Shown here in pieces: positions 23,984-37,700 of a DNA stretch of 64,000 nt. The stretch is from Octopus vulgaris (Eukaryota), in the NCBI GenBank assembly GCA_951406725.2, contig OX597822.1:79174001-79238000 (forward strand), given 5' to 3'. Below the pieces are notes generated by a model, which saw only the letters and a program-made list of their open reading frames with translations, was not told the DNA's origin and searched no databases. Numbering within the stretch: the stretch's first letter is position 1; every line of letters starts with the position of its first letter. Both the position numbers and the translations under genes were made by a program.

Positions 23984-25819
23984 ACACACACACACACATA
24001 CACACACATGTATGGAAAAAAAAGAGAGAGAAGTAGGTGTGAGCATTAGAATATGTGTTATGACTTGAATTTGTCATGTTTTACACCTTCCAATCCTGAC
24101 TGAATCCTAAACAATAACAACATTCCAATATCAAACCAAAATAAATCTCCTCACCATAACTTTCTCTCAACACAAATCTTACAAACATACACTTTCCTCC
24201 TATACATATGGATAGATGGATGGATGGTCACATGGAATAATGGAGAGATGGTATGATGATGTTTGAGCATGATTTGACAGATGAAAAGAAGGAAAGAGAT
24301 AGACAAGTGGATGGATGGATAGAAGGAAAATTTGATGGAGGGATGTGTTGTGAATAGAAAGAATAGATGTAGAGATATCTGGTAATATAGCAGAATGAAT
24401 AAAGCACATGTTAAAAAGTAGGAATTTAAAATACTTGGTATATTGATGAATGATGGGGGTTTGATGGATGTATTAGGGAACAATATAGAAGTGATGGTGT
24501 ATAAAGACCGACTGTGAGATGGCTGGAAGGATGGAGGGATTGTAGATTAGATTAATAGATGGCTAATAGGATCTGTAATCTGCAGGATGGATGTACAGGT
24601 TATGGATAGGTGTATGGATTGAAATGGGTGTATGGATGAATGACTGCAGCCCTCCCCAATGTCCAGAATATGGTGCAGGCAGTAAGTAAATAGATAATGA
24701 ACCAGTAATACAAATTCTATTCAAAAGATTCTAACAACCAGTCTTTTGTTGTTCAAAGCTTTCAAGAGAGAGTAGATATTTTAGACTAATGATGATGAAG
24801 GGGTTGTTGTTGGTGTTGGTGGTGGTGGCAGAAGTGGTGGAAGTAGTAATTGTCTTAGTGGTAGTTGCAGTAGAGTTAATGATGGCTGTGACAGGGTAGA
24901 TGGTGGTGGTGTTGATGATGGCTATGTACCCAATGTAGTGACAGTGTATGTAATGAGCTATGTTCACAATGATGCTGGTAATGGTGATTAAAGTACAGTT
25001 AATGTTGTACCAGCAGGGGGCAGTGTTGCTAATTTGGTGGTTATAGTAGCAGTGTTGGTACTAATATTATTGCTAATGATTATGTTGATGATGATGATTT
25101 TGCCATAGCAAATGCTCTAAGTGTAGTGTTGCTAATAAGAATGCTCATCAGTGAAGATTTAAGATGGAGGTTCTGATGATAATGATAACGATGGAAGTGA
25201 GTGTTCAGAAAATGCATATGGAATAGTAGTAGTAGTTTTGCTAATGTTGATAATGCTCAAATGGTGATAGTGATGATGATGATAATGATGACAATGGGGT
25301 GGGAGTATGTTATAATGAATATAAATATTGATAGTCATAGCTGGAGTGGTTTTTAAAGAGGAAGAAGTAGATGCACATGATAATTTTGATGGAGATTGTA
25401 GTGATAGTGATTCTTAATATTGCTGGATTATAATAATAATGATGATGATTAATAATGATAATTTCTTTATTAGCCAGGAGGGCTCAAAGAACATCAAAAT
25501 AATATAAAGGACAAAACACAAATCATGGTGGAGGGATTGCATGTGATGTGTAAAAAAGACAGTTGAGGAAATGTAGATGATGACAGTGATGATGATGATG
25601 ATGCGATATGCTTTACTAGTTGTGGCAGGTGATTAAAAAATCCAGGTAGTGAGGATCGTTATGAATTATTATCATGATGATGACAACAGCAACAAAGATG
25701 TTGATGATGATGATGACGATGATAAATCATGATTGTAATGTTATGTAAAATTAGTGGTGTAGTCTCTCTCTAGAAGTTAGCTCTGATCAAACAGAACTAT
25801 GGCACTTAAGTAGTCAGCT

Positions 25820-26030
25820 GATTGTTGTTTAGCCCCAGGTCAGACTTCATAGAGCAAAATTATGATCAAAGAACTCCAGCTATGACAATCCCATTTGTTT
25901 TGGAGATATAGTGCACCAAGGACTACATTATCCAGTGTGTCCTTCCTCTCTATACGAGAATAGATTATGATTTCTTTGAGATGCTACTTCTAGCAGGTTG
26001 CACAACCATATATAAGTTTCTTCATTGGCT
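25820..26030 (-). mobile_element. Family A short interspersed repeat
   Basis: ttgttgtttagccccaggtcag...tatgatcaaag...actacattatcca...; further minus copies at 26500-26670, 27050-27275, 47430-47600, 48138-48310 and 63750-63875. Confidence 0.75.
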
Positions 26031-26624
26031 AGCTTAATCGCAGTTAAATAACTAGATGTAATCTACAGATACAGTTCTCCAAATGATCAAACTCCACCTT
26101 GGTTGAGGTCCATACTATGCGCTTATAAGTGGTGCTTATATGGAGTGCAGGGTGAAAATTTGAGTATGCCATAGTTTCACTCCTCCTATCTCCACTCCAG
26201 TCTCTAGATCTCAGCAGTGTAGCAAGAAGGGAGGGTGAGTGCAGTCTGCTCTGAGCAATACTTTTATGGGGCAGAACTTTTAGAGGGAATCGTTGCACAA
26301 TGACAGAGTTAGAGTTAACCCTAACCTGCAAAACATATTTTTTGTGGCAGTTCAAGTGGAGGGAACTCAAAGCTGGCTGCAGCACATACTTGAGTTATGT
26401 CACTGTTACATCTCCATGAAGGAGCAGCCAAATCTCTCAAACTGTTCTTTACCATCTTAAAAAAATGATACACTAACGTATTAAAAATTATCAGACAGCT
26501 GTTGTTGTTGTTGTTTAGCTCCAGCTTATCAGCCCTGACTGAGCTGAAGAAAAAGATGATGAAAGACATCCTAGCCTTGTCTTCTTGAAAAATATGTATT
26601 TAAGATTAGTATTATTTAATATGG

Positions 26625-26656
<32 letters not shown>

Positions 26657-26819
26657 CTTTACAATATGAGGTGCCATGCAAAAAGCACTCAGTCCACTTT
26701 GTATGGTGGTTGGTGTTAGGAAGGGCATACCAAAACAGACACTGAAACCTGGTTCGGTCATTTGCCTAACCAGATCCTGTCAAACTGTCCAACCTGCCAG
26801 CATAGAAAGCAGACATTAA

Positions 26820-26859
<40 letters not shown>

Positions 26860-27695
26860 GGAGGAGGAGGAGGAGGAGGAGGAGGAGGGAAGTTATTTGG
26901 CTGCCTATTTCTAGCAAATCAAGCTTGACTGAATAGAAGTTCCTTCATTAGATGACAATGACACTGTAGTATGGTGGTGGTGGCAATGATTGTGGTGTGG
27001 TGATGGCAGTGTTAGCAATAAAATGGTAGTGATACATTGTGATAGTATTGTAGTTATTTAGCCTGAAGACAATGCTGATTAAGCAGAGCTATGATAGAAA
27101 GCATTCCAGCTGCAACTATCTCAGCTTCTCTAATATATCTAAAATTGCTTTTCTACCTCCACTTTATTTTTATTTTTGGTTTAATTTTAAAGACAGTAGA
27201 GTGTGATTTCAGGGAAATTTGACTTCTATTTTGAGCAGACCAAGCAACCATGTACAGGCTCTCTTGTTAGTTCATACTGAGATACCAAGACGACTGTGGT
27301 AGCAATAGTAGTAATAGTGATACAAGATGATGATGATGATGATGGAAAAAATATAAAAAATATTAACTATGTATATGTCACTGAAAAGCAAAACCAAAAA
27401 CATTCACAAATATAAAAACGAAAAATATGGGAAGAAAAAAAAAGGAATAATCTTGATCATTAGGACCTCTTTTGTAGAAAGGTATCTTTTGAGGGTATGA
27501 GTTGTTACATTGATTAGACTATTAACCTCATCTTTTGTGATTCCATCTTAACTCTGTTTCATTTCATTCAATGTATTCTTCTGATCTTCAGATGTCAGAT
27601 TTCTACACATATAACCTTGGGCTAGGATTGAACTCACCAACCTTTATTTGTAATACAAGACTTCAATGCTTTTATCTACTAATGATAGAACCTCT

Positions 27696-27746
<51 letters not shown>

Positions 27747-28301
27747 AGTTCTATCTGTATCTACTGCAAATTCAAAGATATACAATAGAAACAGACATTG
27801 GTATAGTGAAAGAAAGAGTGAAGAGACAATAAAAAAGGGTGGATGGACCATGAAATACAAATATATCATAAAGAAAGAGAAGACAGAGAAAGATATGAGC
27901 AGGGTGTGTGTTAGAGAACTTAATAGGAAAAAAATTATGCCAAGGCTGAGTGTAAGAATCAACAAAGAACAAATTGATGTTATGAGAGGTTAGAGGAATG
28001 CCGGTGGGAGGAGAGAAAGATGTCTCACCTTTGAACTTTCTGACAGTCATCTCAGCAATTTATTTTAGTTTGAATTTTTACAACTTCCTGAAGGAACATT
28101 TGGGTCCCCATCTCTTCTCCCTATCACTCCTACAATCCCCATCCCATCTTTAACACCCCCAACAACTGCTACTGCTACAATCATCACTAACATGACCATT
28201 ACTATCAAGTGGACCACATATATCTATATGGTCACTCAACCAGCAAGAAATAATAGCCAAACACTCCTCAAATCACGTTCTGCCATCTTAAATTAGGAAA
28301 T

Positions 28302-29277
28302 CATCAACATCATCATTTAACATCTGTTGTCCATGATGGCATGCATTGGATGGTTTGACCAGGGCTGGCAAGCTGGAAGACACCCAGTCTAATTTTGTAT
28401 GGTTTCTATGGCTAGATGCCCTTCCATTCTGAGAGTGTAATGGGTGCTTTTACATGTCACTGGCACAGGTGCCATTTTCGTGACACCAGTATCTGACATG
28501 ATTGTGATTTTGTTCAGCTTCATGGATCTACTTCTCAAACACGGCATAAAGCCAAAGATTTCAGTCATTGTCTCCATAAGGCCCAACACTCGAAATGAGC
28601 TCAGCCACTTTGCCTCTGTGAAACCCAACATTCAAAAGGTGCTTTTTACGTGCCAGTTACGTGACACTAGCATCAGCCACGACTATGGTTTCACTTGTCT
28701 TGACCGGTCTTCTCAAGCACAGCATATCACCAAAGATCTCAGTCACTAGTCATTGCCTCTGTGAGGCCCAAAGTTCAAAGATCATGCTTCACCACCTTGT
28801 CTCATGTCTTCCTGGGTCTACCTCTACCACATGTTCTCTCCACAGTTAGATTGCAGCACTTCTTTACACAGCTGTCCATGTCCATACGCATCACATGACC
28901 ATACCAACATAGTTGTCTCTCTTTCACACCACATCTGATGCCTCATACCTAACTTTTTTCTCAAGATGCTTACACTCTGTCAAGCATGCATACTGACATT
29001 GCACATCCAGCGAAGCATACTGGCTTCATTTCTTTCAAGCCTACGCATGTCCTTGGCTGTTATAGCCTAAGTTTCACTGCCATGTAGCATAATTGTTTGC
29101 ACAGAGGCATCATACAATCTGCCTTTCACTCTGAGAGAGAGGCCTTTTGTTGCTAGTAGGGGTAGAAGTTCTCTGAACTTTGCCCAGCCTAGTCTTATTC
29201 TCACAGCTACACTCTTGAAGCATACACCTTCGCTACTTACTTGGTCACCTAGATAACAGAAGCTATCTACTACCTCA
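28302..29277 (-). pseudogene. 5'-truncated RTE LINE (ORF C-terminus, 3' UTR and (GAT)n tail)
   Basis: EVVDSFCYLGDQVSSEG...RIRLGWAKFRELLPLL...VKGRLYDA...LHGSET*...LERNEASMLRWMC...WYGHVMRM...GRGRPRKT, with stops and a frameshift. Confidence 0.9.
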
Positions 29278-29346
29278 AAATGCTTTTTAATTACAGGTTT
29301 ACTTAATCAGAACAGATTTGGGAGCTAAACAACACCAATATGAATA

Positions 29347-29560
29347 TCCAATGAGCTGAGGAGAGAGGAAGCCTCAACATATTCTCTCAACCTGTTGGAG
29401 ACAGCAGAGAAGTCTCCCATAAGTTACATTCTAACTAACATTTTAAATAAAGATAGATACATTGTAGAAGACCTAGTTATAGAAGAGACAGGATGGACAG
29501 AATAGGAAAGCTTTGACCATTAGTCTGTTTGATCAGCATTGACTTGAGCAAAACATCAAA
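29347..29560 (+). mobile_element. Family A short interspersed repeat
   Basis: ggaagcctc...caacctgttggagacagcag...ctttgaccattagtctgtttgatcag; further plus copies at 32230-32445, 48553-48765 and 59225-59430. Confidence 0.65.
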
Positions 29561-30214
29561 CTGCAGGAACAAAACTGTTACATCTGGCACTATGTTCTAT
29601 GTTCTTCAACTTTGTGACAGCAAACAAGAGACAGTCAAAGTTTGTTCTTTCTTTAAACCATAATTTTAATAATAACACAATCTTGAGTTTGATTTAAATC
29701 CAACTTGGTGAAGAGAGTGGTAGTGGAAATAGTGATGATGGTAACGGTGATAATGATGATTGAAGTAATGTTGATGAAGGCAGTGATGATGGTGGCAGTG
29801 AAGGTGATGAGGAGGATTAAAAAATTTTAAAAAAAACTGATGCCTTCAGCACAGTTGAAGTAAATAATGGTGATGATAAAACCAGTAGTGATGGTGGTGG
29901 TGATGCTGAGGATGACCATGTATTTGTTGTTGGCAAATTCATCATTCTTAAATGTCTTTAAAAAAAAAAAAATTTCTACTCCCACCCTCGTTCTCTTTCT
30001 GAAAAGGTCATGGCTTAGCTCCATATGATTCTCAGGGTAATAAGTGAATGAGATAAATTGACCCCTGGGATAGGTTAACAATTAGTTTATGGCAGGTCCT
30101 AGACAATTTGGCACATATATTTGTTAGCATGTGATATAAAAATCCTTTAAGTAACTGTACAACAATTGTACAATTTCCTACATTTACTTAATGACTCTTC
30201 TATTGCAACTTCTC

Positions 30215-30541
30215 TAAGTATGTTGGTCATGAATGACTATGGAATTGCAGCAAGAAAGTTACCCTCCGGAGGCACAAGCCCGAGCAAGGTTGTTTATGGA
30301 AGGCCAGCAGTCGCCCATGCATACCAGCCTCCCCTCTCCACCAGTGTTATCCAAGGGAAAGACAAAGGCTGATACAGCTTGGCACCAGTGATGTAATAAC
30401 TCATATCTATAGCTGAATTATCTGGAGCAATGTGAAATAAAGTGTCTTGCTCAAGAACACAACATGCAGCCCGGTCCAGGAATCAAACTCACAACCTCAC
30501 GATCGTAAGCTTGACGCTCTAACCACTGAGCCATGAGCCTT
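30215..30541 (-). mobile_element. tRNA-derived SINE, family S3
   Basis: Minus tggctcagtggttagagcg (A box), gagtttgattcc (B box), then gtgttcttgagcaagacactttatttcac. Decayed relatives near 4880-4990, 38200-38420 and 43150-43400. Confidence 0.8.
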
Positions 30542-30545
30542 TTAT

Positions 30546-31015
30546 ATCATCATCATCATCATCTAACGTCCGCTTTGCATGCTAGCATGGGTTGAACGAT
30601 TTGACTGAGGACTGGTGAACCAGATGTCTGCGCCAGGCTCCATTCTGATCTGGCAGAGTTTCTACAGCTGGATGCTCTTCGTAACACCAACCACTCTGAG
30701 AGTGTAGTGGGTGCTTTTACGTGCCACTGGCACGAGGGCCAGTCTGGCGGTACTAGCAACGGCCATGCTCGAAATGGTGTTTTTTACATGCCAACTGTAC
30801 AGGAGTCAGTCCAGCGGCACTGGCAATGACCTCGCTCAAATGTTTTGTTCACGTGCCACTGGCACAAATGCCAGTAAGGCAACACTGGTAATGATCATCC
30901 TCAAATGGTGCTTTTCACGTGCCACCAGCACGGAAGCCAGACAGCTGCTCTGGCAGTGATCCCGCTCAGATGGAGCTGTTAGCGCTCCACTGGCACGGGT
31001 GCCAGTCATCGAATT
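30546..31015 (-). mobile_element. Non-autonomous RTE-tail element with internal tandem units
   Basis: (cat)n tail and RTE tail, then about five diverged ~60-bp units containing (t/a)cgtgccac(t/c)(g/a)gcac...gccag. Confidence 0.8.
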
Positions 31016-31034
31016 TGGTTTTATATATATATAT

Positions 31035-31260
31035 ATAACGGGAAAGTTTATGAAAATAAACAAAAGACGAAGGCAGGTGGAGTACAAACAAACAAATGTA
31101 TTAGTATAGCGCTCAGGAATAGAAATAGAAAAAGTCTTTTACGTTTCGAGCCTACATTCTTCGACAGAAACATACACAGAAAAAACAAGGAGAGAAACAA
31201 GGAGAGAAAAAAATGCGTGTAGGAGCTAACGATCTATCATGGCAAAATTAGTATTTTATA
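31035..31260 (-). mobile_element. Penelope-like (pLTR-type) fragment with degenerate minimal hammerhead
   Basis: Minus 31171-31136 GTTT CTGTCGA A GAAT GTAG GCTC GAAAC GTA AAAG; flanked by TA tracts. Confidence 0.55.
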
Positions 31261-31479
31261 TATATATCATCATATGTATATATAAAATACCAATTCCATA
31301 CAGAAAATAGAAAATCTCTGGGAAACGGATTCCACATTCTCTAATTATCACAAACATTTTAACCTTAACAACCAGAAATACATTTATACAACTGAAATAA
31401 AGTAAATAGTAATCTTAGTACAGACTGAAGTGGTGTTTATATATTATCACCACCATTATTATTATTCTTACACCACAGA

Positions 31480-31513
<34 letters not shown>

Positions 31514-31669
31514 TTCAGATAAATCAAACAAATATTTAGGGACCAATTATGTACATAACACTGCACACTTCGTTGAGAACTTAAAGGTGTTTGGTTCAAT
31601 TCCCAGCAGGTGTGTTATCTATTTTCATCTCACTCTTGTTTACGTTCCATTTCAGAGAGAGAGAGAGAG

Positions 31670-31714
<45 letters not shown>

Positions 31715-32479
31715 ATACACATGCGTATGCAGACATAGACAGAGAGAGTCTACAAAATTGATTGCAATAAACTGTGATAAAGGGAGAGAAAGATGTTATT
31801 AAAATTAAGTAATGCATCCATGTGAAAATATACGTGTGTTTCTGTATGGTTTTTGTTTATTTTGTGGTATGAAAACATAAAAGTGCTCAATACAACCCTG
31901 TATATATGATGTATATATGTATATGCACAAACACAAGCATACACACAGATGAACATTCATATATGCATACTTAAGAAAAAAATGAATAGCATACGCAGAG
32001 ATATAAATGTATATTAGTTGAGACAGCCAGGTGAGAATTAGACCAACATTTTTGGGTTAATGTGAATGGAAAGGGAAACGTGGGGGAGAGGGAGGAGAGT
32101 GCATGTATGAACGTGTAAATGTGTGTGTGTGTGTGTGTGTATGTACATACATTCAGTAATGTGTACAGAGAATAGTTCAGGGTATAGAGGAAGGAGAATT
32201 TTGCCATTATCTTCAATAGCCCCTTTTACAAGCCAACATAGGAAGCCTTCTATATGATCAAACAACATGCAAGAAATAATAGTCAGGTTTCTCTCAAATC
32301 ACACATCCTGTCTTAAAAAGTGACCAGATTATGTGGTTCTATGTGCACTGTTCCTGGAGAAAAGAAAATGCAATGATCACAATTAGACTAGTTTTTATCA
32401 TTGCTTAATGAGAGTTGCCCAGGAGCTAAGAGATTACAACAACAGCCTTATTTCCACCCACCTCTTTCTCTTCCACATA

Positions 32480-32868
32480 CATGTTAAGAAGCTTGCTCTC
32501 CAATCACGTGGGCTTTGGTTTACCCCCACTGCAAGACGCCTTGGGCAAGTATCTTCTATTATAGCCCTAAGTCAACCAAAGCCTTGTAAGTGGATTTGAT
32601 ACAGGAAAACTGAAACAAGCCTGTCTCACACACACACACACACACACACATGTGAGTGTGTGTGTATCCTTGTCAAGACATCATGTGATAATTGTAAATG
32701 AGCGTCATCATCATACGTATGCAGTTGTCCCTGAAAAGTATGCTTGAGCATAGAGAAATTTTTTTTGCTTGGAAACAGGTGAGGGTTTAGCAATAGAAAA
32801 TCTGCCTCAAGAAATTGTCTGTTCCCTACAAGCATGGAAAAGTGGACATTAAATGATGATGATGATGA
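32480..32868 (+). mobile_element. S1 SINE with RTE-type tail
   Basis: ccttgggcaagtatcttcta ... gcttggaaacaggtgaggg ... agcatggaaaagtggacattaaatgatgatg. Confidence 0.8.
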
Positions 32869-33029
32869 ATATGGACATCGAAGCAACCACATACCTACCT
32901 CATACCCATCACATACTTTGTGGGGGGGGGGGGGATTCTGAACATTATGTGTTTATAACTTTTTGCCACACTTATTTCTTCCACCATCATCATTACCACA
33001 TTTACAACTACTATAATCTTTACAAATAA

Positions 33030-33230
33030 AAATGCTTCTAATCTAGGTACTAGGCCAGCAGTTTTGAGAGGAGAGAGTTAGTCAATACCACCAACTCCAG
33101 TAGCCGACTGGTACTTTTATCTTATTAACTCCAGCAGGATGAAAGGCAATGTTCACCTTAGTCGTAAAATGTCAGAAGAAATACTGCAATGCATTTCATC
33201 CAATGCTTTACAATTCTGCCAATCTTCCAC
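33030..33230 (-). mobile_element. Decayed S2 SINE
   Basis: actggtacttttat...aggatgaaaggcaatgtt...attctgcca. Other minus copies at 35685-35890, 42660-42850 and 49350-49550. Confidence 0.7.
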
Positions 33231-34352
33231 CAATAATAACCCTCAGCTTTACCACCCAGTATTTCAGTTAAAACCCCATGCCTATTTCATTTACTTACCA
33301 AACATAAATACCACCCCGGCCTCCTGCAGTTCTCAGATATATCCTTAAATCTGAACAATCTATGTATACATATCTTATTTTAAATTAGTCATTTGGTGGG
33401 GAGTAAGAAGAGAGTGGGGTGCAAATCCTAGTACTACAACCATCAGTTACCACCACTGGCATGTGCAACATGTCTTCAGCTTCTCTCTGTTTCACTGATT
33501 TCTACCCTATCTCAGTCCCCTATTCCCACACCTCTACAACTATGTTTACAACAGGATCTTGTTGAGAAGGAGACAGCAAGGAGGGAGAGAGAGGAAGAAT
33601 GTATATATTTGGGTGGGAAAGGCAAAGATTGAAGTAAAGAGATAAGGAGTGAAAATGGAGAGAGAGAGAGAGATAAAAAGCAAGATGGAGAGTCAGAGAG
33701 AGGAAAGACAGAGACAGTGAAAAAGCAAGTTATTTTCCTTGGGTGCTGAACTTTGATTAGAATTCTTTTAAGAAACTCCCCTCTCTCATTTCACCACCAC
33801 CACCATCATTTTTGTTGTTTTTGTTTTTGTTGCTGCTATTATTATCATCAACAAATTTCCTTTCATCCCTCAACTCCCTGCACCTGCATTCATGGGAGGA
33901 GAAATAGATAAGGTACAGGGTCACCTGGAAGATTTGTTTTCTTCTTTTTTTAACTTCCTTTGAAGTAAAGAGGTTTCTGTCTATCTGTTAAATAAACAAG
34001 TGGGTTTTGATATTTAAGTCTGATAGGAAAAGGATTAAAATAAACAAGGTTGATGTTTTGAAGAACAGCAATTGAAAACTGCATCAGGAAAATCTGGCAC
34101 CAGCCCGTTAACCAAGAGCACCCACAAGCCATCAAGCTATCCAGCCAGTCATACAATGACACTAAACAGCCCAGGGTTGCCTGATTGGGCAACAACTAGC
34201 TTTTGGGAGGGAGTGGGGTGTTTCTTTTTAATTTGGGTAACTCGCTGCTTTGAAATTAAGGTTAGAATCCTATTAAATATCACACTGAATTATCAACAAA
34301 GTAAATTAGAACCAACAAACTACAAATAATCCTCACACACACACACACACAC

Positions 34353-35045
34353 AGGTGCATGCATAGCTGTGTTGTGGTTAAGATTTGTAACTATGCAGTT
34401 TCAAGTTCAGTCCTACAGATCAGCACCTTGGGCAGGTGTCTTCTGCTATAGCCCTGAGCTAACTAATGATTTGTGAGTGAAGTTGGTAGATGGGAAATGT
34501 GTGAAAGCCCAATACACACACACACACACACACACAGAGGCATGGCTGTGTGGTAAGAGGTTTGCTTCCCAACCACATGGTTCTGAGTTCAGTTCACAAT
34601 GTGGCACCTCAGGCAAGAGTCTTCTACAACAGCCCTGGACCAACCAAAGCCTCATGAGTAAATCTAGAGTATAGAAACTGTAGGAATCCTGTTGTACATA
34701 TGTGAGTTACTGTCTCCATATCTTAACTTGTAAATGAGTGTCACCATCATGCAAGTGATGTCTATTTCCAATATTCTGCAAAATATGCCTGGTCATGAGG
34801 AAATATCTTACTTGGAAACAAGTAAGAGTTGGTGATATGAAGGGGGCATCCATCTATAGAAAAATGTGTGTGTGTGCACGCGCATCATCCTGCAATTACT
34901 TGACAACTGGTGCAGGTTTGTTTACATTCTCATAAAAACAAAAGAAAAGAAAATCATAAGTATTAGAGTTGATTTATTTAACTGAAGTCCTTTAAGGCAG
35001 TACACCAGCATGGCCACAGTTCAATGACTGAAAGAAGTAAAAAAA
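34353..35045 (+). mobile_element. Composite S1 SINE cluster (two heads, RTE-type and CR1-type tails)
   Basis: Heads at 34353 and 34537; RTE-type segment 34725-34865; CR1-type tail ccagcatggccacag...atgactgaaa at 35005-35040. Confidence 0.7.
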
Positions 35046-36234
35046 AAAATAACATACATATGGGTGGATGGCAGAATCAGTAGAGCATTAGATAAAAAAA
35101 ATACCATGTGGTATCTTGTTATGTTGTTTTATGATCCAAGTTCAAATCTCATCCAGATTTTCCTCTCATTCTTGTAGGGGTGGTGGGGTGATCAATGAAA
35201 TATATACTTGTCAATAAAACAAACATTGGAATATATATAATCAAGAACACGATAGAAGATGGTGTCCTAGCATGGCCTCCATTGCAATAACTGAAACTAG
35301 TAAAAGTAGTGCAAAATAAATCTCACTCATACACACACATCCCAATGGGCAAATTGATATTTAAAAATATTATTATAAGAAAGAAAATAAAAATTAAAGA
35401 TAAGACAAAAAGACAGAATTGTGAACAGAAATCAGAGATAAGGAAAGGAAAGGAATATAGAAAATAAAATAAAATGCTTTATAAACTTCAAATAGTGAAA
35501 ACATTAAAAAAACAAATTAAGTAAAAGATGACAGGAGAAATGTTGAGTGTGTGTGTGTGGGGGGAATAACCTGTGGCAATTAAAAACCATTTAATTAAGC
35601 AAAATAAGCAAGTGTTTGAAAGAAACTGGAGGCAGTATCAAAGAATGGGTGAAAAAAAAGAAAGAAGGAAAGAAAATATAACTAATCCTTTCTACTATAG
35701 GCACAAGGCCTGAAATTGAAGCGGAGGGGCTAGTTGATTGCATCAACGCCAGTGCTCAACTGGTACTTATTTTATCGATCTCCAAAGGATGAAAAGGAAA
35801 GTGGATCTTGGTGGAATTTGAATTCAGCACATATAAGACAGATGAAATGCCACTAAGTGTTTTGTTTGGCATGCTAATGATCCTGCCTAAGGAAAATATA
35901 AATAATAAAAAACAGAGATAAAGACAAGAGCAAAGAAGATGATAAAAAGAATGAACGAAATAAAGGAGGAAAGAAATGAAGAGATAGTAAGAAGTCAAGG
36001 AAAAAAAAGTAGGGAGAGAAGTAAATGTAGAGGATGAAGATAAAGAAAAGAAAACGTTAGAAGGAAATGCTTCAGAACAGTAGTAATTAAGATGTTTTAC
36101 TAAGGCCTATTTCACATGTTAGAATCCTTGAATGTAATGACACTTGAATTGCTCAATTCTGATGGTCTGAAGTTCAAACTTGTTATAAAAGTTTTATTTA
36201 TATTCTGAAGCAATACATTTAAATTCTAGCAACA

Positions 36235-36660
36235 TTAACCCTTAAACAGCGGACACAATCAATCGATGCTTTACTAGAGAACGAAAGAACAGTGAGCATC
36301 ATAATTGATATTTCAAAAATTTTACATGAATATGGCCATCATCAATTGATGCCTGAGCATCTACTTTGTCAAATGCACCTAAGTGTAAGTGACCCCTGTT
36401 GATGGGGGAAAATCAAGTTGAAAATGAAAGAGTTATACAGTGACAAAATTTTTCCAGACTTTCTTAGATGATGATGATACTCTAGAGAGCGCAGAAGAAA
36501 GTGATTCTTCAACCAGCTTGAGATGGGAAAAAAAGGCACCAATTTTTCTGTTTGTATATTTGCTTGATGATGATAGTGATGATGGTAGCAGCAGCAGTAG
36601 CAGCAATAACAGCATCAGCAGCAACTATGACAAGATAATCAGATAATGAGATGGTAAATT
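36235..36660 (+). mobile_element. Probable piggyBac 5' relic
   Basis: TTAA+CCC terminus at 36235-36241, followed by an acidic N-terminus-like stretch (FLDDDDTLESAEESDSS). No right end found. Confidence 0.4.
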
Positions 36661-36919
36661 TTATTCTGCAAGAGACTAACAATTATATTTTTTGTACTTA
36701 TTTAAAGTGAAAATAAGTATGAAAATTACCGTTAAGGAAAACTGATATTTTTTGTTCAAGCAGACTGATGTCATACACTGCTAGTTCTCAAATGGTGCAC
36801 CACAAGAGGCATCTAGATGTGACACAAGTTTTAAAAAAAAACGTAATTTAAGACTTTTAAAAAAATCTATTTTAACACTTCAATATTCAATAAAATGTGT
36901 TACACATAATTTTGTTATA

Positions 36920-37283
36920 GATGCAGGCATGGCTGTGTTGTTAAGAAGCTTGCTTTGCAACAATGTGGTTTCATGTTCAGTCCCACTGAGTGGTGCCATG
37001 GCACTGATCAATGCCTGGCAAGTGACTGAGTGAAAGCCATTATGCATGTGCATGCATTTATGTGTATGTGTGTGTGAGTCCATGTTCCACCACAGCTTGA
37101 CAACTGGTGTTGATTTGTTTATGCCCCTGTAACTTAGAGGTTTGGCAAAAGAGACTGATAGAACAAGTACTAGACTTTAAAAAATTAAGTAATGGGGTTG
37201 GTTTGTTCAACTAAAACCCTTCAAGTTGGTGCTCCAGCATGGCTGTAGTCCCATGACTGAAACATATAAAGGATAAAAAAAAT
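36920..37283 (+). mobile_element. S1 SINE (CR1-type tail), possibly inserted in a decayed hAT-type MITE (36778-37425)
   Basis: gcaggcatggctgtg...gttcagtcccactg...gtgctccagcatggc...atgactgaaac. Flanks resemble the hAT-like end ctagttctcaaa. Confidence 0.75.
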
Positions 37284-37700
37284 ATACAAAGTAACCAATA
37301 TTAGTTTTATATATATTTTTCTAACATTTCAAGTTTTTTTCGTTAACTCTCCAAGCAAAGTAAACCAATAATTTTCTTATCTGCTCCTGAGTGCACATCA
37401 AAGCAAAACAATTTAAAATCTCTGCAATAGATGTAGCAAATCAAAAGATAGTTAATCAAATGCTTACAATCAGTCAATCACTGATCAAGGTCACAAATAT
37501 GGATTGGATGAAGGAATAGATCCAATCGAAAAGCATTTAACAATATGTCTTAAAATAAAAATATAAACTTGTTAAATGCTTTTCAATTATTTATAGTTAA
37601 TACACGTATTTTTTAATATATATATATTTTTGATAATTAGTATAAGTTAAGATAAGTACATTTTATTCTATTATTATTATTTTTTATTATTTATTATCTT

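Noticed and set aside
26044-26385. 113-aa non-repetitive ORF
   Set aside because: No recognisable motif or convincing splice sites, and it is embedded among family A repeats.
30440-30541. tRNA gene
   Set aside because: A/B boxes are present but run straight into a SINE body, with no closed acceptor stem or terminator.
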